From: Malacoraja senta | Lineage: Eukaryota | Length of the DNA stretch: 64,000 nucleotides | Assembly (NCBI GenBank): GCA_038087875.1 | Contig: CM075977.1 | Span: 334,614,001 to 334,678,000 of the forward strand | Direction: 5' to 3' | Part shown: positions 24,558 through 37,344 of the stretch, in pieces | Layout of the letters: the number at the start of each line of letters is the position of its first letter | How positions within the stretch are numbered: the stretch's first letter is position 1 | Program-made: the position numbers and the translations under genes | Notes under the pieces: generated by a model | Told to the model about the DNA's origin: nothing | Database searches by the model: none | Seen by the model: the letters and a program-made list of their open reading frames with translations, nothing else

Positions 24558-26165
24558 CAGTGCCCTCCGTAATGTTTGGGACAAAGACACATCATTTATT
24601 TATTTGCCTCTGTACTCCACAATTTGAGATTTGCAATAGGAAAAAATCACATGTGGTTAAAGTGCACATTGTCAGATTTTAATAAAGTCCATTTTAATAT
24701 ATTTTGGTTTCACCATGTAGAACTTACAGCAGTGTTTATACACAGTCCCCCCATTTCAGGGCAATGTCATGTGAATGAAAGTGGTCATGTTTAGTATTTT
24801 GTTGCACATCCTTTGCATGCTTGAAGTCTGCGATTCATGGACATCACCAGTTGCTGGGTGTCTTCTCTTGTGATGCCCTGCCAGGCCTGTATTGCAACCA
24901 TCTTTAGCTTATGCTTGTTTTGGGGGCTAGTACCCTTTATTTTTCTCTTCAGCATATAAAAGGCATGCTCAATTGGGTTCAGATCGGGTGATTGACAGCC
25001 ACTCAAGAATTGACCATTTTTTAGCTTTGAAAAACTCCCTTGTTGCTTTAGCAGTATGTTTAGGATCATTGTCTTGCTGTAGAATGAACCGCCGGCCAAT
25101 GTGTTTTGGGGCATTTGTTTGAACTTGAGCAGATAGGATGTGTCTATACACTTCAGAATTCATTATGCTACTACCATCAGCAGTTGTATCATCAATGAAG
25201 ATAAGTGAGCCAGTACCTTCAGGAGCCATACATACTCAAGCCATAACACCCACACCACCATGTTTCACAGATGAGGTGGTATGCTTTGGATCTTGGGCAG
25301 TTCCTTCTCTCCTTCATACTTTGCTCTTGCCATCACTGACATAAGTTAATCTTCGTCTCATTTGTCCACAAAACCTTTTTCCAGAACAGTCGTTGCTCTT
25401 TTAAGTACTTCTTGGCAAACTGTAACCTGGCCATCCTATTTTTGCAGCTAACCAGTGGTTTGCATCTTGCAGTGTAGCCTCTGTATTTCTGTTCATGAAG
25501 TCTTCTGCGGACAGTGGTCATTGATAAATCCACACCTGACTCATGAAGAGTGTTTCTGATCTGTTGGACAGGTGTTTGGGGATTTTTCTTTATTATAGAG
25601 AGAATTATTCTGTCATCAGCTGTGGAGGTCTTCCTTGGCCTGCCAGTCCATTTGCAATTAGTAAGCTCACCAGTGCTCTCTTTCTTCTTAATGATGTTCC
25701 ATACAGTTGCTTTTGGTAAGCCTGTTTGGCTGATGTCTCTAACAGTTTATTCTTGTTTCTCAGTCTCATAATGGCTTCTTTGACTTTCATTGGCACAACT
25801 TTGTTCCTCATATTGATAAACAGCAATAAAAGTTTCCAAAGGTGATGGAAAGACTGGGGGAAAGACTAAGTGCTGAGAGCTCTTATTCCTGCATTAAGGA
25901 GGCAATTAAACCCACCAGAGCAATTACAAATGCCTGTGAAGCCATGTGTCCCAAACATTATGGTGCCCTGAATGGTGGGACTATATATAAACACAGCTGT
26001 AATTTCTACATGGTGAAACCAAAAAGTATAAAAATGTCCTTTATTGTAATCTGACAATGTGCACTTTAACCACATGTGTTTTTTTCTATTACAAATCTCA
26101 AATTGTGGAGTACAGAGGCAAATATAAAAATAATGGGTCTGTCCCAAACATTATGGAGGGCACTG
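24558..26165 (-). mobile_element. Second Tc1 copy of the same family, frameshifted transposase, just 3' of the ADGRA3 stop
   Basis: TA|CAGTGCCCTCC...GGAGGGCACTG|TC; QQDNDPKHT, SPDLNPIE. Confidence 0.92.
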
Positions 26166-26924
26166 TCTTTAAGTGCTTTCCCCCATTACTAACTGGAAAA
26201 GGGAAGAATTACTGGGATTTATGTGGCCTGCCATGGTTCACCGATCACAAGTCACTTCTAACCTTGGAGGGTTTCTGTTGCAGCACTCCTAATAAGATAA
26301 AAAAATAGTTTGATCGCAATGTCTGTTACAGGCATTTGGCTGCCAACGTTAAAAAAAACCACTTAAGTAAATTATTGGTGGATTGTGGCCAATGTGGAGC
26401 ATTGTCCCACCATATATATGCATCCTCTAAATAAGATTACACATGGCTATACGGGGAGCTATAAACACAGTGTTCAGTACGCGTCTTTCCATTCTTTTTC
26501 TCTTAATAAGGGTATATATTCAATCAATAATTCGATTTGCTGGGAATGCCAACTCGGATCTTTCAGTTCTTCATTAAGTTTTAGGTCCAATGCATGCACA
26601 TAGTATTTTACTACTGAGACTGAACACATTTCAAAATTTGCATGTTCATACAACCTTTTTTTCTGTCTTCCTGAGCTGTAGAATATGGTTATGAATAATC
26701 TTCAAAAGGTGGAAACCACAAGTGCAGGAAAATATTAACTGCAGGGTGGTTTACTGAGCCAGTAATCTTGAGTATATTATTTGTTTATGATAGGTTTGCA
26801 GGACAAATCTAACTGATGTCCTATGAAATTTGGTGAATGTGGTGTTGCGGTCAGAATGTTGTGGTTTAAGCTACTTGAGCAACTTTCTAGTGGCTCTGTG
26901 GAATGGGGACCAGGAATTGAAGCA

Positions 26925-27813
26925 GTACACATACATGGGTATATATTGATGGTACCGAAGAAGAGAGGGTTGAAAGCTCCAAGTTTTTAGGAGTAAATAT
27001 CACCAGCAATCTCTTAAAGATAGCGGTCAGGATATGGGGAGAAGACAGGAACGGGGTACTGATTGTGGATGATCAGCCATGATCACATTCAATGGCGGTG
27101 CTGGCTCGAAGTGCCGAATGGCCTACTCCTGCACCTATTGTCTATTGTCAACTTGTTCTGCACCAGCCATATTGAAAGAGTGCCAAAAGAGCACACCAAT
27201 GCCTCTACTTCCTTAGCAGGCTTAGGAAGACCAGCATTTCCCCAGCAACTGTCACCAACTTCTACAGATGCGCTGTACAAAGCATTTTATCGGGATGCAT
27301 CACAACATGGTTTGGGAACAGCTCCATTCAAGACCGAAAGAAATTGCAGAGAATTGTAGACGCAGCCCAGACCATTACATAAACCAACCTCCCTACCATT
27401 GACTTTATCTGAACTTTGTACTGCCTCGGTAAGGCCACCCGGTTAATCAAGGACTAATCTCACCCCGCACACTTCCTCTTCTCCCCTCCCATCAGGCAAG
27501 AAGTACAGAAATGTGAAAATGCACACCTCCAGATTCAGGGACAGTTTCTTCCCAGCTGTTACCAGGCAACTGAACCATCCTGTCACCAACTAGAGAGTGG
27601 TCCTGAGCTACCACCTACCTCATTGGAGACCATGGGACTATCTTTAATCAGACTTTACTGGACTTTATCTTGCACAAAACATTATTCTCTTTGTCCTGTA
27701 TCTGTACACTGCAATACTTGATTGTAATCATGTATAGTTTTTCTTCTGACTGGATAGCATGCAACAGAACGCTTTTCACTGCACCACCGTACACGTAACA
27801 ATAAGCTAAACTA
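26925..27813 (+). mobile_element. Degraded Rex1/Babar 3' fragment with an inserted CR1 tail (27010-27148)
   Basis: Similar to the reverse complement of 3561-4200 (ccatcaggcaagaagtacaga...agattcagggacagtttcttccc); (ctaaa)n tail. Confidence 0.7.
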
Positions 27814-28557
27814 ACGTAGAGTTAATATCTACCCATTAGAAGACAGTAGGTTCATGGAAGATGTAATGTGGTTTCCCCAGGTATTTAAGTTTCCCCACTC
27901 AGGGCCTCATTTGGTTTGGTAAATTGGTCACATCAAAGGGAATCAGGTGACGGGGTTCACAATAAGGCTGTAGCTTTGATTTTAAAAAAGTCAAATAAAA
28001 AAATAACTTCCCTTGAAGCAGTCAATAGTCACATCCATTAACATATTGGGGTATAAACTCCAACCTCCTATCACCCGTAGGCAGCATTACTAATTTTTCC
28101 CACTTTTGTTACTGATCCATTTTTCTTTCTATGCAATGTCATCCTTCTAGCTGCAGTGTGGAAGTCACGCTTCTCTGTCTACTTGACACCTCTTAACATG
28201 GGAGTTTCCCATTAACTTCTCCCTGGGTCTCTATATAGTTTCTCATCCACACACTGTTTCATAGTGACATTATCGGAAAGCTAAAACCAGGTTCCACTCA
28301 ATCAGAAGTGATCCACATCTCTTGACATTTCAATTCTTGATAATGTGCCAAATTGCTAACCAATATACATCACTGCAAGTTCAGGAGTTTCCTGCAATTA
28401 CATATTGTGAAGAATGAGCCCGTTGCCAGTTTTTGTCACCAACCCAAATTTGTTACTCTGTGGCTCAGTGACACTCCTTCCAACTATTGGAAATGACAAA
28501 ACTGTCTGCAATCCTGATGCCATTTTCTAATCCGGCTTTTGATTAAGATCACTTGAT

Positions 28558-28815
28558 TGATTGAACTGAAAGATACAGCATGGAAACAGGCACTTAGGCC
28601 CACCGTGTCTACGCAAACCATTGGTCAACTGTTCACATTAGTTCTATGTTATCCTACTTTCTCATCCATTTCTGACATGCTAGCGGAAATTTATAGAAGC
28701 TAATTAACCTAAAACCAGCACATCTTTGGGATGTGAGAGGACATGTGTTCACAGCGAGAATATGCAAACTCCACAAGGTGCAAGGTCTCTGGAACCATGA
28801 GGCAGCAGCTCCACC
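28558..28815 (-). mobile_element. Degraded V-SINE
   Basis: Reverse-complement similarity to 12088-12420. Confidence 0.6.
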
Positions 28816-29085
28816 AGATGCACAAATGTACAACTCTTATTTTCACTTATGTAGCATTACAGTATCTAGTTCAACACACCAGCCTCTGCTCATTTACTGT
28901 TGAAATACTCATCCCTGCCTTGGTTTCCATTCTTCTTTTAGCATTCCTTCATTCCTGTCTTCCTTCATGAACTCCAAAATTCTGTTTATGTCCTCACACC
29001 AAATTCTGTTCAGATGCAGTCATTGACTAAATTAACAGCTCTTTTGATTTGTTAATTTACTGTGAGTTAAAAAAAAAAGATTTTG

Positions 29086-29916
29086 GGGTGGGCGTCGCGA
29101 CTCACGTCGCAGCAGGCCTCTGCAGTCTGTCTGTCTTTTTTGAATTTTTTGTCTCGTTTGAGTGTAGTTATAGCGTTTTTTTTTAACTGGGTATGTGTGG
29201 GGAGCGGGGGGTGGGGAAACTTTTAAAATCTTTTCCCTGTACGGAGGACCCGACCTTTCTCTGTCGGGTCTCCGTTGTTGTTGGGGCCTAGCACCGTGGA
29301 GCGGCCTCCAACCGGAACGACCTGGGGCTCCAGTCGCGGAGCCTGCGGACTACTCACCATCGTGGAGCTGGCTGAGTTTGGAACGGGAGGAGCTGTGGTG
29401 GCGTGTTGCTGCGGCCCGACCCCAGAGATTCGGAGGCTCCAGCCGCCGGCCCGGTGGACGGTGACACCGGGAGCTCGCGGGTCCCTGGTAGGAGACCGCT
29501 TTTCGGGGCTTCCGCAACGGCGACTTCTGCCCGAGTTGCGGGGTTGAGGATGATCTGGAGCGGGGCCTTACATCGCCCGGTGCGGCTTTAAATGGCCGCG
29601 GGACTTGCTAGCACCCGCCAGGGGCTCCAACATCAAGACCCGGAGCGCGGCCTTGCATCGCCCGGTGCGGCTTTAATGGCTGCAGGACTTATTTACCATC
29701 ACCCGCCGGGGGCTTTGACTTTGACATCGGAAGGAGAATGGGGAGTGCAGGGGAGAGATAACACTTTGTCTTCCATCACAGCGAGGAGATTCGCTGTGAT
29801 GGATGTTTGTGTAAATTGTGTTGTGTCTTGGTTCTTCTACTTGTTTGTATGACTGCAGAAACCAAATTTCGTTTGAACCTCAATGAGGTTCAAATGACAA
29901 CAAATAAATTGTATCA
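29086..29916 (+). mobile_element. GC/CpG-rich non-autonomous retroelement with a Rex-type 3' stem-loop tail
   Basis: No RT coding; perfect 13-bp hairpin at 29772-29803; tail aatttcgtttgaacctcaatgaggttcaaatgacaacaaataaa. Confidence 0.6.
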
Positions 29917-29933
29917 TTAGCACTAAGCCATTT

Positions 29934-30133
29934 NNNNNNNNNNNNNNNNNNNNNNNNNNNNNNNNNNNNNNNNNNNNNNNNNNNNNNNNNNNNNNNNNNN
30001 NNNNNNNNNNNNNNNNNNNNNNNNNNNNNNNNNNNNNNNNNNNNNNNNNNNNNNNNNNNNNNNNNNNNNNNNNNNNNNNNNNNNNNNNNNNNNNNNNNNN
30101 NNNNNNNNNNNNNNNNNNNNNNNNNNNNNNNNN
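29934..30133. other. Assembly gap (200 N)
   Basis: Run of N. Confidence 1.
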
Positions 30134-31049
30134 CGTCACCCATTCCTTCTCCAGAGATGCTGTCTGTCCCGCTGAGTTACTCCAGCATTTTGTGTCTACC
30201 TTTGATTTAAACCAGCATCTACAGGTCTTTCCTACATACTAAGATAAGAAATATATAGTGGGATATCGAACTAATGCACGCAAATGGGATTAGAATAGAT
30301 CGACATGGACCATGTTATATGTTTTATGGTTCTAAAAATAAATCCCTAAATACTTTTATCCCTCTTGCCTTGGTACGTGTTTGATTTGTGTTGTCACCAG
30401 TTTATGCTGGTGCTTGTATTTGATTTGTAGCGTGTAATCAGATTAATCTCAGATCATTAAAGATCCACAACCCTCCAGCAAAGAACTTCTATTGAAATAA
30501 ATATACCGCCAGGCTCTCAGAATATATAAATAAAATGTATTATTATTATTATAATGAAGAATAATGTTGGGGGAAAAAAATCAATTTGGGTTGTTACTAC
30601 ATTTGTGGACTTACATTATTTGTTTATATAATTAGTTGCTTATAAAGACAAATGTGGTTAGATGCTGCTTGGATCTCGGAAGCATATAATTAGAGCAAAT
30701 GAGGAAACTATTATCAAAAGGAATGAGCTGGTGCTTACAGTTTGTACATGGAAGCAATGGATGTGCGTTCAAATATAGCACTGCGCGAGTCTGATGTAAG
30801 AATTTCATTGTTCTATCTGGGACATGTGACAATAAAACACTTTTGACTCTTGATGACCCACAAGGATTATTTTCATGTGTCCTCCCATTCAAATGTCAAT
30901 CTTAATTTCATTTACTGTACAAACATTTTTAATTACTTTCTTCGTGGAGATGAGAGATTTTGAACCATAAAGTTTCATGGGAACATTTCCTTTGCCATTT
31001 AATATTTGCAGCACTTTCCATTTCCAAGATTCTTCTATGCATTATTGAT

Positions 31050-31540
31050 TCATAGTTACACAGCACGGAGATGGGCCCTTCGGCCTAGCTTGACAATGCT
31101 GATCAAGGTGCCCCATCAACATTTGCCTGCGTTTGGCACATACCCCTCGAAACATTTCCTATCCATGTACCTGTCCAAATGTATTTTAAATGTTATACAG
31201 TAGTTTCTGCCTCAACTATCTCTGGCAGCTCATTCCATATACCCACCACCCTCTGTGTAAATAAGTTGCCCCTATTAAATCTTTGCCCTCTCACCTTAAA
31301 CCTATGTCCTCTGGTTCTCTGGTTTTTATCTATTTTGGGTAAAAACCCTGTGTATCCACCCTATCTATTTCCCTCACCATCTTATACACCTCTATGTGAT
31401 CACCTCTCTTCCTCTACGCTCCACTGAATACAGTGCTAGCCTGCTCAACCTCTCCCTATAGCTCAGGCCCTCAAGTCCTGGCAACATACTTGTAAATCTT
31501 CTCTGCACTCTTTCCAACTTAATAACATTTTTCCTATAGC
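31050..31540 (-). mobile_element. Degraded CR1 3' fragment (another at about 32510-32820)
   Basis: LERVQRRFTSMLPGLEGLSYRERL in ORF 31392..31616. Confidence 0.75.
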
Positions 31541-31901
31541 AAAGTTTGACGCAACAGATTTGACAACATCGGTCAATTATAGCAACAAGGTGCCAGGAAT
31601 GTACCAAACCCTGCAAGGCACTTCACACAATTGTCTGCAAACCAAATATATGACTGATATAAATTCAAACAGTTAGTAAAAGCTAGGTTGAAAAGAGATT
31701 TTGAGGGGAGCAAATAAAGAGAGATGGAAAACAAATTTAAGGAAAGAACTTCAGTGCTTGAAGGCGAGATGTCAGTGCCAAGATTGTGGAGATCATGCAT
31801 GTCTGACCGGTAAGGCAGAAGGTGCTCCTCTCCCTGTGCAATATCCAGCCTCTTATGGACACAATGTTTAAATGGCTGATTCTGTTATGCATCTGATGAA
31901 T

Positions 31902-32445
31902 GGGTGGCACAATGGTCCAGTGCTCGATGCTGTTGTTTTACACCTTCAGCAGCCTCGGTTCAATCCCAACCTTGGGTGTTGTCTTTTTGGCGTTTGCACG
32001 TTCTCTCTGTAGCATGCAGGTTTCCCTGACATGTATTGGTTTCCTCTCACATCCCAAAGGTTAATGGCCACTGTAAATTACATGTTGTATAAGCAAGTGC
32101 GATAAAGAATCAAGGGGAACTGATTGTAAATCTTCTCTGCACTCTTTCCTGCTTCACAACATTTGTCTTACAGCAAAGTTTGTCCTCACAAATTTGTCAC
32201 TATCAGTCAATTACAGCAACAAAGTGCCAGGAATGTAGTAAACCATTGCAAGGCACTTCACACGATGGTCAGTAAACCAAAAATATAACCGATACAGATT
32301 CAAACAGTAAGCAAAAGCTTACTGTGGGAGAGAACACATTCCAGTGTTACGGGGAATACGAGGAGGAAAGGGACTAATGGGATTGGTCCGATTGGATTTG
32401 TCATGGACTCAATGGTGTGAATAGGCTCTTTCTATATTATAAGTA
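31902..32445 (+). mobile_element. Degraded V-SINE interrupted by a roughly 195-bp copy of nearby sequence
   Basis: ggtggcacaatggtccagt...ggttcaatccc...tttgcacgttctc; tail resumes after 32319. Confidence 0.55.
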
Positions 32446-33079
32446 ATGGTGACCCGCAAAATGCTGAGAGCCGGCAAAGATAATATGACTGAATATTTTA
32501 AGGTAAAGTGGAATACAGTACGGAAACAAACTCTTCAGCCCAACTGATCCATGCCAACCAAGATGCCCTGTCTAAGCTAGTCCCATTTACCCACGTTCGT
32601 CCCAAACCTCTCTACATCTTTCCTATCCAAGTACCTGTCTAAATGTTATTTGAATGCTATTATAATACCTGCCTTAACTACCTCCTTGGGCTACTCCTTT
32701 TATTTACTCATCACCCTCTGAGTGAACGTTTTCCCCCTTGGGTTCCCCTATCAAATCTTGCCCTTCTCACCTTAAACCTATGTCTTCTAGCACTTGATTT
32801 CCCTACCCTTGGAAAAAAAATACCCTTTGCATCACCTAATTGCTTATGGTGCCATGTGCATGCTTCTTGTCATTTATCAGCCTCTGACTTTTTGTTGTTC
32901 CAGTCTTGCTGCATGCAGTCACAAGGAGCTTCATTCAGGAACTGCAATTGGAATTGAACATTGATGCGACCATCATCTATCATCCTCACTTCAAGGCACA
33001 TGGAGAAAATATCAGTGATGAAGTAGTGATGATTATACATTGTTAATTTATAACCCAACAAGTTATTGTTTATATCCTG

Positions 33080-33920
33080 TGTAGGAAGGAAATGCAGATG
33101 TTGGTTTAAAAATCTGCTGCAGTAACTCAGCGGGCAGCATCTCTGGAGAGAAGGAATGGGTGATGTTTCGGTTCGAGACCCTTCTTCAGACTAGAGTCTG
33201 AAAGGGAAGGGGAAAGGGAAGCAGGTGATATAGATGGTGATGTAGAGAGATATAGAACAAATGAAAGATGTGCAAAAAGGTAACGATGATAAAGAAAACA
33301 GGCCTTTGTTGTCAGAAGTTATGGGGAAAAGACAGGAGAATGGGATTAGGAGGGAGAGATAGATCAGCCATGATTGAATGGCGGAGTAGATGATGGGCCG
33401 AATGGCCTAATTCTACTCCTATCACTTATGATTGTTAGCTGTTTGCTCGGTTGATATCCTCCTGAGTGGCACCTTATTGAATGTGTTCTGGAAATCTACA
33501 TTTACTATGTCCACAAATTTCTCCCTTTACTAGAAGATAAACACAAAGTGGTGGGAATGCTGACCTTACGTGAAATTAGAGAAATCAATGTTCTCTAATT
33601 TCAAGTAACCTACAATTCCTCCCTTCCCCCTCCTTAGTCGCCCTACTGGTTCAACTATTTGCATCCCTGTATCACTTCGTCATCTCCTCTTCTCCAGCCA
33701 CCTATGGCCCATATGGGCTCCACCCTTGGTCATCTATTGCCGGCCCTGATTTGTACTGGCCTTTTGAAAACCTCCAGTTCTCCCCCTTCTACTTTCAGTC
33801 TGAAGAAGGGTTCTGACCCGAAACGTCACCCATCCTTTATCTCCAGAGATGCTGCCTGAGTACTCCAGCATCTTGTGCCTATCTTTGGTACAAACCAGCA
33901 TCTGCAGTTCCTTCGTACAC
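33080..33920. mobile_element. Penelope-like termini in inverted orientation (minus about 33080-33300, plus about 33575-33920)
   Basis: Same terminal repeat as 21699-21968 and 44180-44310; contains CTGAAGA...GAAAC motifs. Confidence 0.7.
33798..33830 (+). ncRNA. Minimal type I hammerhead ribozyme motif (Penelope-associated); predicted cleavage after C33827
   Basis: CUGAAGA (33800-06), extra A, stem II GGGU/ACCC with a UCUG loop, GAAA, ACGU palindromic stem III, UC; stem I only 2 bp. Confidence 0.6.
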
Positions 33921-34022
33921 ATTTTCTCCCTGTTCTAATCGGCCAGTTATGATTCAAAATATGTAAATTAATTTGTTAAGTCAAATTCTCCTTTCATGAA
34001 CTACTGACTCTAAAAGTCAGTC

Positions 34023-34413
34023 ATAGAAACATAGAAACATAGAAAATAGGTGCAGGAGGAGGCCATTCGACCCTTCGAGCCAGCACCGCCATTCATTGTG
34101 ATCATGGCTGATCGTCCCTTATCAATAACCCGTGCCTGCCTTCTCCCCATATCCCTTGACTCCATTAGTCACTAGAGCTCTATCTAACGCTCTCTTAAAT
34201 CCATCCAGTGATTTGGTTTCCACTGCCCTCTGTGGCAGGGAATTCCATAAATTCACAACTCTCTGGGTGAAAAGGTTTTCTCACCTCAGTCTTAAATGAC
34301 CTCCCCTTTATTCTAAGACTGTGGCCCCTGGTTCTGGACTCGCCCAACATTGGGAACATTTTTCCTGCATCTAGCTTGTCCAGTCCTTTTATAATTTTAT
34401 ATGTTTCTATAAG
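34023..34413 (-). mobile_element. CR1 3' fragment (relatively young)
   Basis: Reverse complement of 42210-42590; (catagaaa)n tail. Confidence 0.8.
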
Positions 34414-34504
34414 TCATTTTCCAATTTCTTGTTGCAGTCGTCTGAATAATGTTCTATCATTCTCACCCCTTCTGGTTTTAAGATTCTGTTTTTTGTATTC
34501 TGTT

Positions 34505-35051
34505 ACATCCAGAAGCCGCGGTCGGCGGAGCTTCTAGCCGCGGGTGCGGCGTCCGGTGCCTGGGTTCCCGTGTTGGAGATCCCCGGAGAAGAGCTCCGAC
34601 CGCCGGCCTGCGTCCTATAACATCCTGAAGCCGCAGTCTGCGGAACTTCTAGCCGCAGGCGTGGACTTACCATCCTGAGCCTGGGTTCCCTCGCCGGGGA
34701 CAGCCAGAGAAGAGCTCCGACCGCCGGCCTGCGATCCTGAAGCCGCGGTCTCAGGTAGGAAAGCGCTGATTTGGGACCTCCAAGCTGCGGAGTGTGTTCA
34801 ACCGTCCCGATCAGAGGGCCATTACATCCGGCCGCCCGACTGCGGAGGTTTATGGCCCCGACCACAGGTGAACAATGGAGGAGGACTGACTGTATTTTGT
34901 GCCTTCCACAATGAAGAATGCTGTGGTGGATGTTTGTGTTAAATCTTATTGTGTATTGTGCGTTCTTTTTGATTGTACCGCTGCTGGCAAATTCATTTCA
35001 CTGCACTTATATGTGTATGTGATGAATAAAACTGATTGATTGATTGATTGA
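34505..35051 (+). mobile_element. GC-rich non-autonomous retroelement with internal repeats of about 115 bp and a (TTGA)n tail
   Basis: Repeated gaagccgcgg...agaagagctccgaccgccggcctgcg units; core shared with 29086-29916 and 55659-56139. Confidence 0.55.
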
Positions 35052-35085
35052 AGATAATTAGTCTGGTATCTTCCCCTCCCTCCTC

Positions 35086-35668
35086 TTCACGAGTCTGCGG
35101 TCATTGGCAGCGAAACAGGAAGAATCTACCGCTCCTGGGCCGCCATAGACCGCGCACTCGGTCAAACGCACAATTCCGGTGCTAAAATAAAACCAACACT
35201 GTTCAAAAAACTTTTCCCACTGCACAGCCTCCGCCAGTGAAGCACGAGTGCGACACGGACGCCGCCACAGCTGCCGCCAGTGTGGCACGAGCGCCGTGCG
35301 TCGAACTTGCACCGCCACAGCCTCCGCCAGTGAGGCACGACCGCCGCCACAGCCGCCGCCACAGCCACCGCCACAGCCTCCGCCAGTGAGGCACGTGTGC
35401 AGCACGGCCGCCGCCACAGCGCCGCGATCAGCACGGCCGCCGCCACAGCCCCACAGATCCTAAATGACGTCATCACAGTCGGCCCTCCCTTTTTTTTTAC
35501 TTACCGCAAGCTCGTGGGACCAGCCGTACTTAATCACTCGGCCCCCGCGCAACACCCGTGCGGCGCTCCCGTGGCATAGGCTCGGCGCTCTCGCCGTTGC
35601 CGTGCGGTCCCCTCTACCGGCGACGCCCCGCTTCACCGCCGATGACCGCAACACCGCGAGACAGAGCA
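35086..35668 (+). mobile_element. GC-rich Harbinger-type MITE, copy A (left TIR eroded)
   Basis: High similarity to 36037-36639 and 37345-38009; right end CGCGAGACAGAGC. Confidence 0.75.
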
Positions 35669-36036
35669 CGTTTACTATGTATCCATAACTGACGAAGGAT
35701 CATTGGGCAGAAATATTACCAGATTTTCTTTCAGATGTTGCCCAACTTGTTCAATATTCCACAGTTTGAATTCATATTCCAGCGTGTGCAGATTGTTCTG
35801 ATTGTTCAGTAGTTATGCATCTAATTAGTGTTTCAGAGCACATGTACAGGAAGTAGACTCGTCAGTATGACTTCATGGTCCAAAAATCACACTCTTAATT
35901 TTTCTGTCACATTTAAAAGGAGTACAACATGGTTCACATTGTTTTAAATAAAAACATGCTTCTCAATCCAAGGAAATAAAGTCTGTACAATGCAATCATT
36001 TTTTGAAAAAAATTCATTTGCCTGTACGACTACTTA

Positions 36037-36639
36037 AAGGGCTGTCTCACGAGTCTGCGGTCTATGGCGGCGAAACGGGAGGAATCTGCCGCCATAGACC
36101 GTGCACTCGTGAGAAAGTACAATTCCAGGGCCGTGCGGCGGTGTTCCCAACACCGCGCGGTGCTAAAATAAAATTGACAATGTCCAAAACACTATACTCA
36201 CCGCACAACCTCCACCAGTGATGCACGAGTGCGCACGGCCGCTCGCACGGGCCGCCGCCAGTGTGGGTCGAGCGCCGTGCGTCAAACCTCCTCTGCCACA
36301 GCCTCCGCCAGTGACGCATGTGCCGCCGCCAGTGAGGCACGTGTGCTGCATGGCCGCAGGCACAGCCACCGCTACAGCGCCGCGATCAGGATGGCCGCCG
36401 CCACAGCCGCCGCTGGTGAGTCACGTGCGGCGGGCCGACGTCATCGCAGTCGGCCCGCCCTTTTTTTACTTACCGCAAGCACGTGGGACCCGCCGTGTTT
36501 GAATTAACTCGGCCCCCGCGCAGCATCCGTGCGGCGCTCCGTTGGATAGGCTCGACGCTCTCGCCATTGCCGCGCGGTCTTAGCTACCGGCGACGCCGCG
36601 CTTCACCGCCAATGACTGCAAACAGGTAAGACAGAGCCT
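36037..36639 (+). mobile_element. GC-rich Harbinger-type MITE, copy B
   Basis: TTA|AAGGGCTGTCTCAC ... GTAAGACAGAGCCT|TTA. Confidence 0.8.
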
Positions 36640-37344
36640 TTAACAAATCACCTCTCCCTGTTGATGATGAAAGGCTATCAACCTGAAGCAATAACATTGT
36701 TTCTCCTTCCACAGATGCTGTCTGAAATTTGGTTCTGCTTTTATCCCATTCCTCTTCCAATTATTCCTTCACCGTCCCTTTAGCATTTACAAATCCAGCT
36801 GTTTAGCAAGTGTCTGCTTGTCCACTATAGGGCATAATGCACAGGCATCCCTGAGAGTACGAATCTTCATTTCTTGGCTTTCAATCTCCAACTGCTCATT
36901 TCAGAGCTCTCCCTAAAATATACCAGAAGAGCTATATGTGGGTATTTTGACTTGTTGGTCTCTGGAGGGACGTGGGTACAATTCCATGATGTAGCAGGAC
37001 AAACATTCCCCTATGTCCCTACCCACAATCTGATGGCAGAGGAGAGTTTGTCACTGCATCTTCCCCAGCCCTTTTCATGTGGCATGCACTTGCCTCTCGG
37101 TATTGTGTTTTGTTCCCCTGGTTCCTCAACTGATCCTCTTAAAGAGTAATCCTAATAGACTTTCTCTCTCAGATCATTGTTTTCTTTTAAACTGTTTGGA
37201 ATTTTACCAATCCACCTTTAGAAGTGTATGCTACAATGTACACGTTCTGTCTGGTGTTGCAACAATGTTGGCATTTTTTGAAGTCTCGCAACAGAAACAA
37301 AGGGTACAGAATAGTAGTTGCGGGTTGACACAATGCTGGAGTAA

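Noticed and set aside
29837-30143. ORFs made of X residues
   Set aside because: Artefacts of the 200-N gap.
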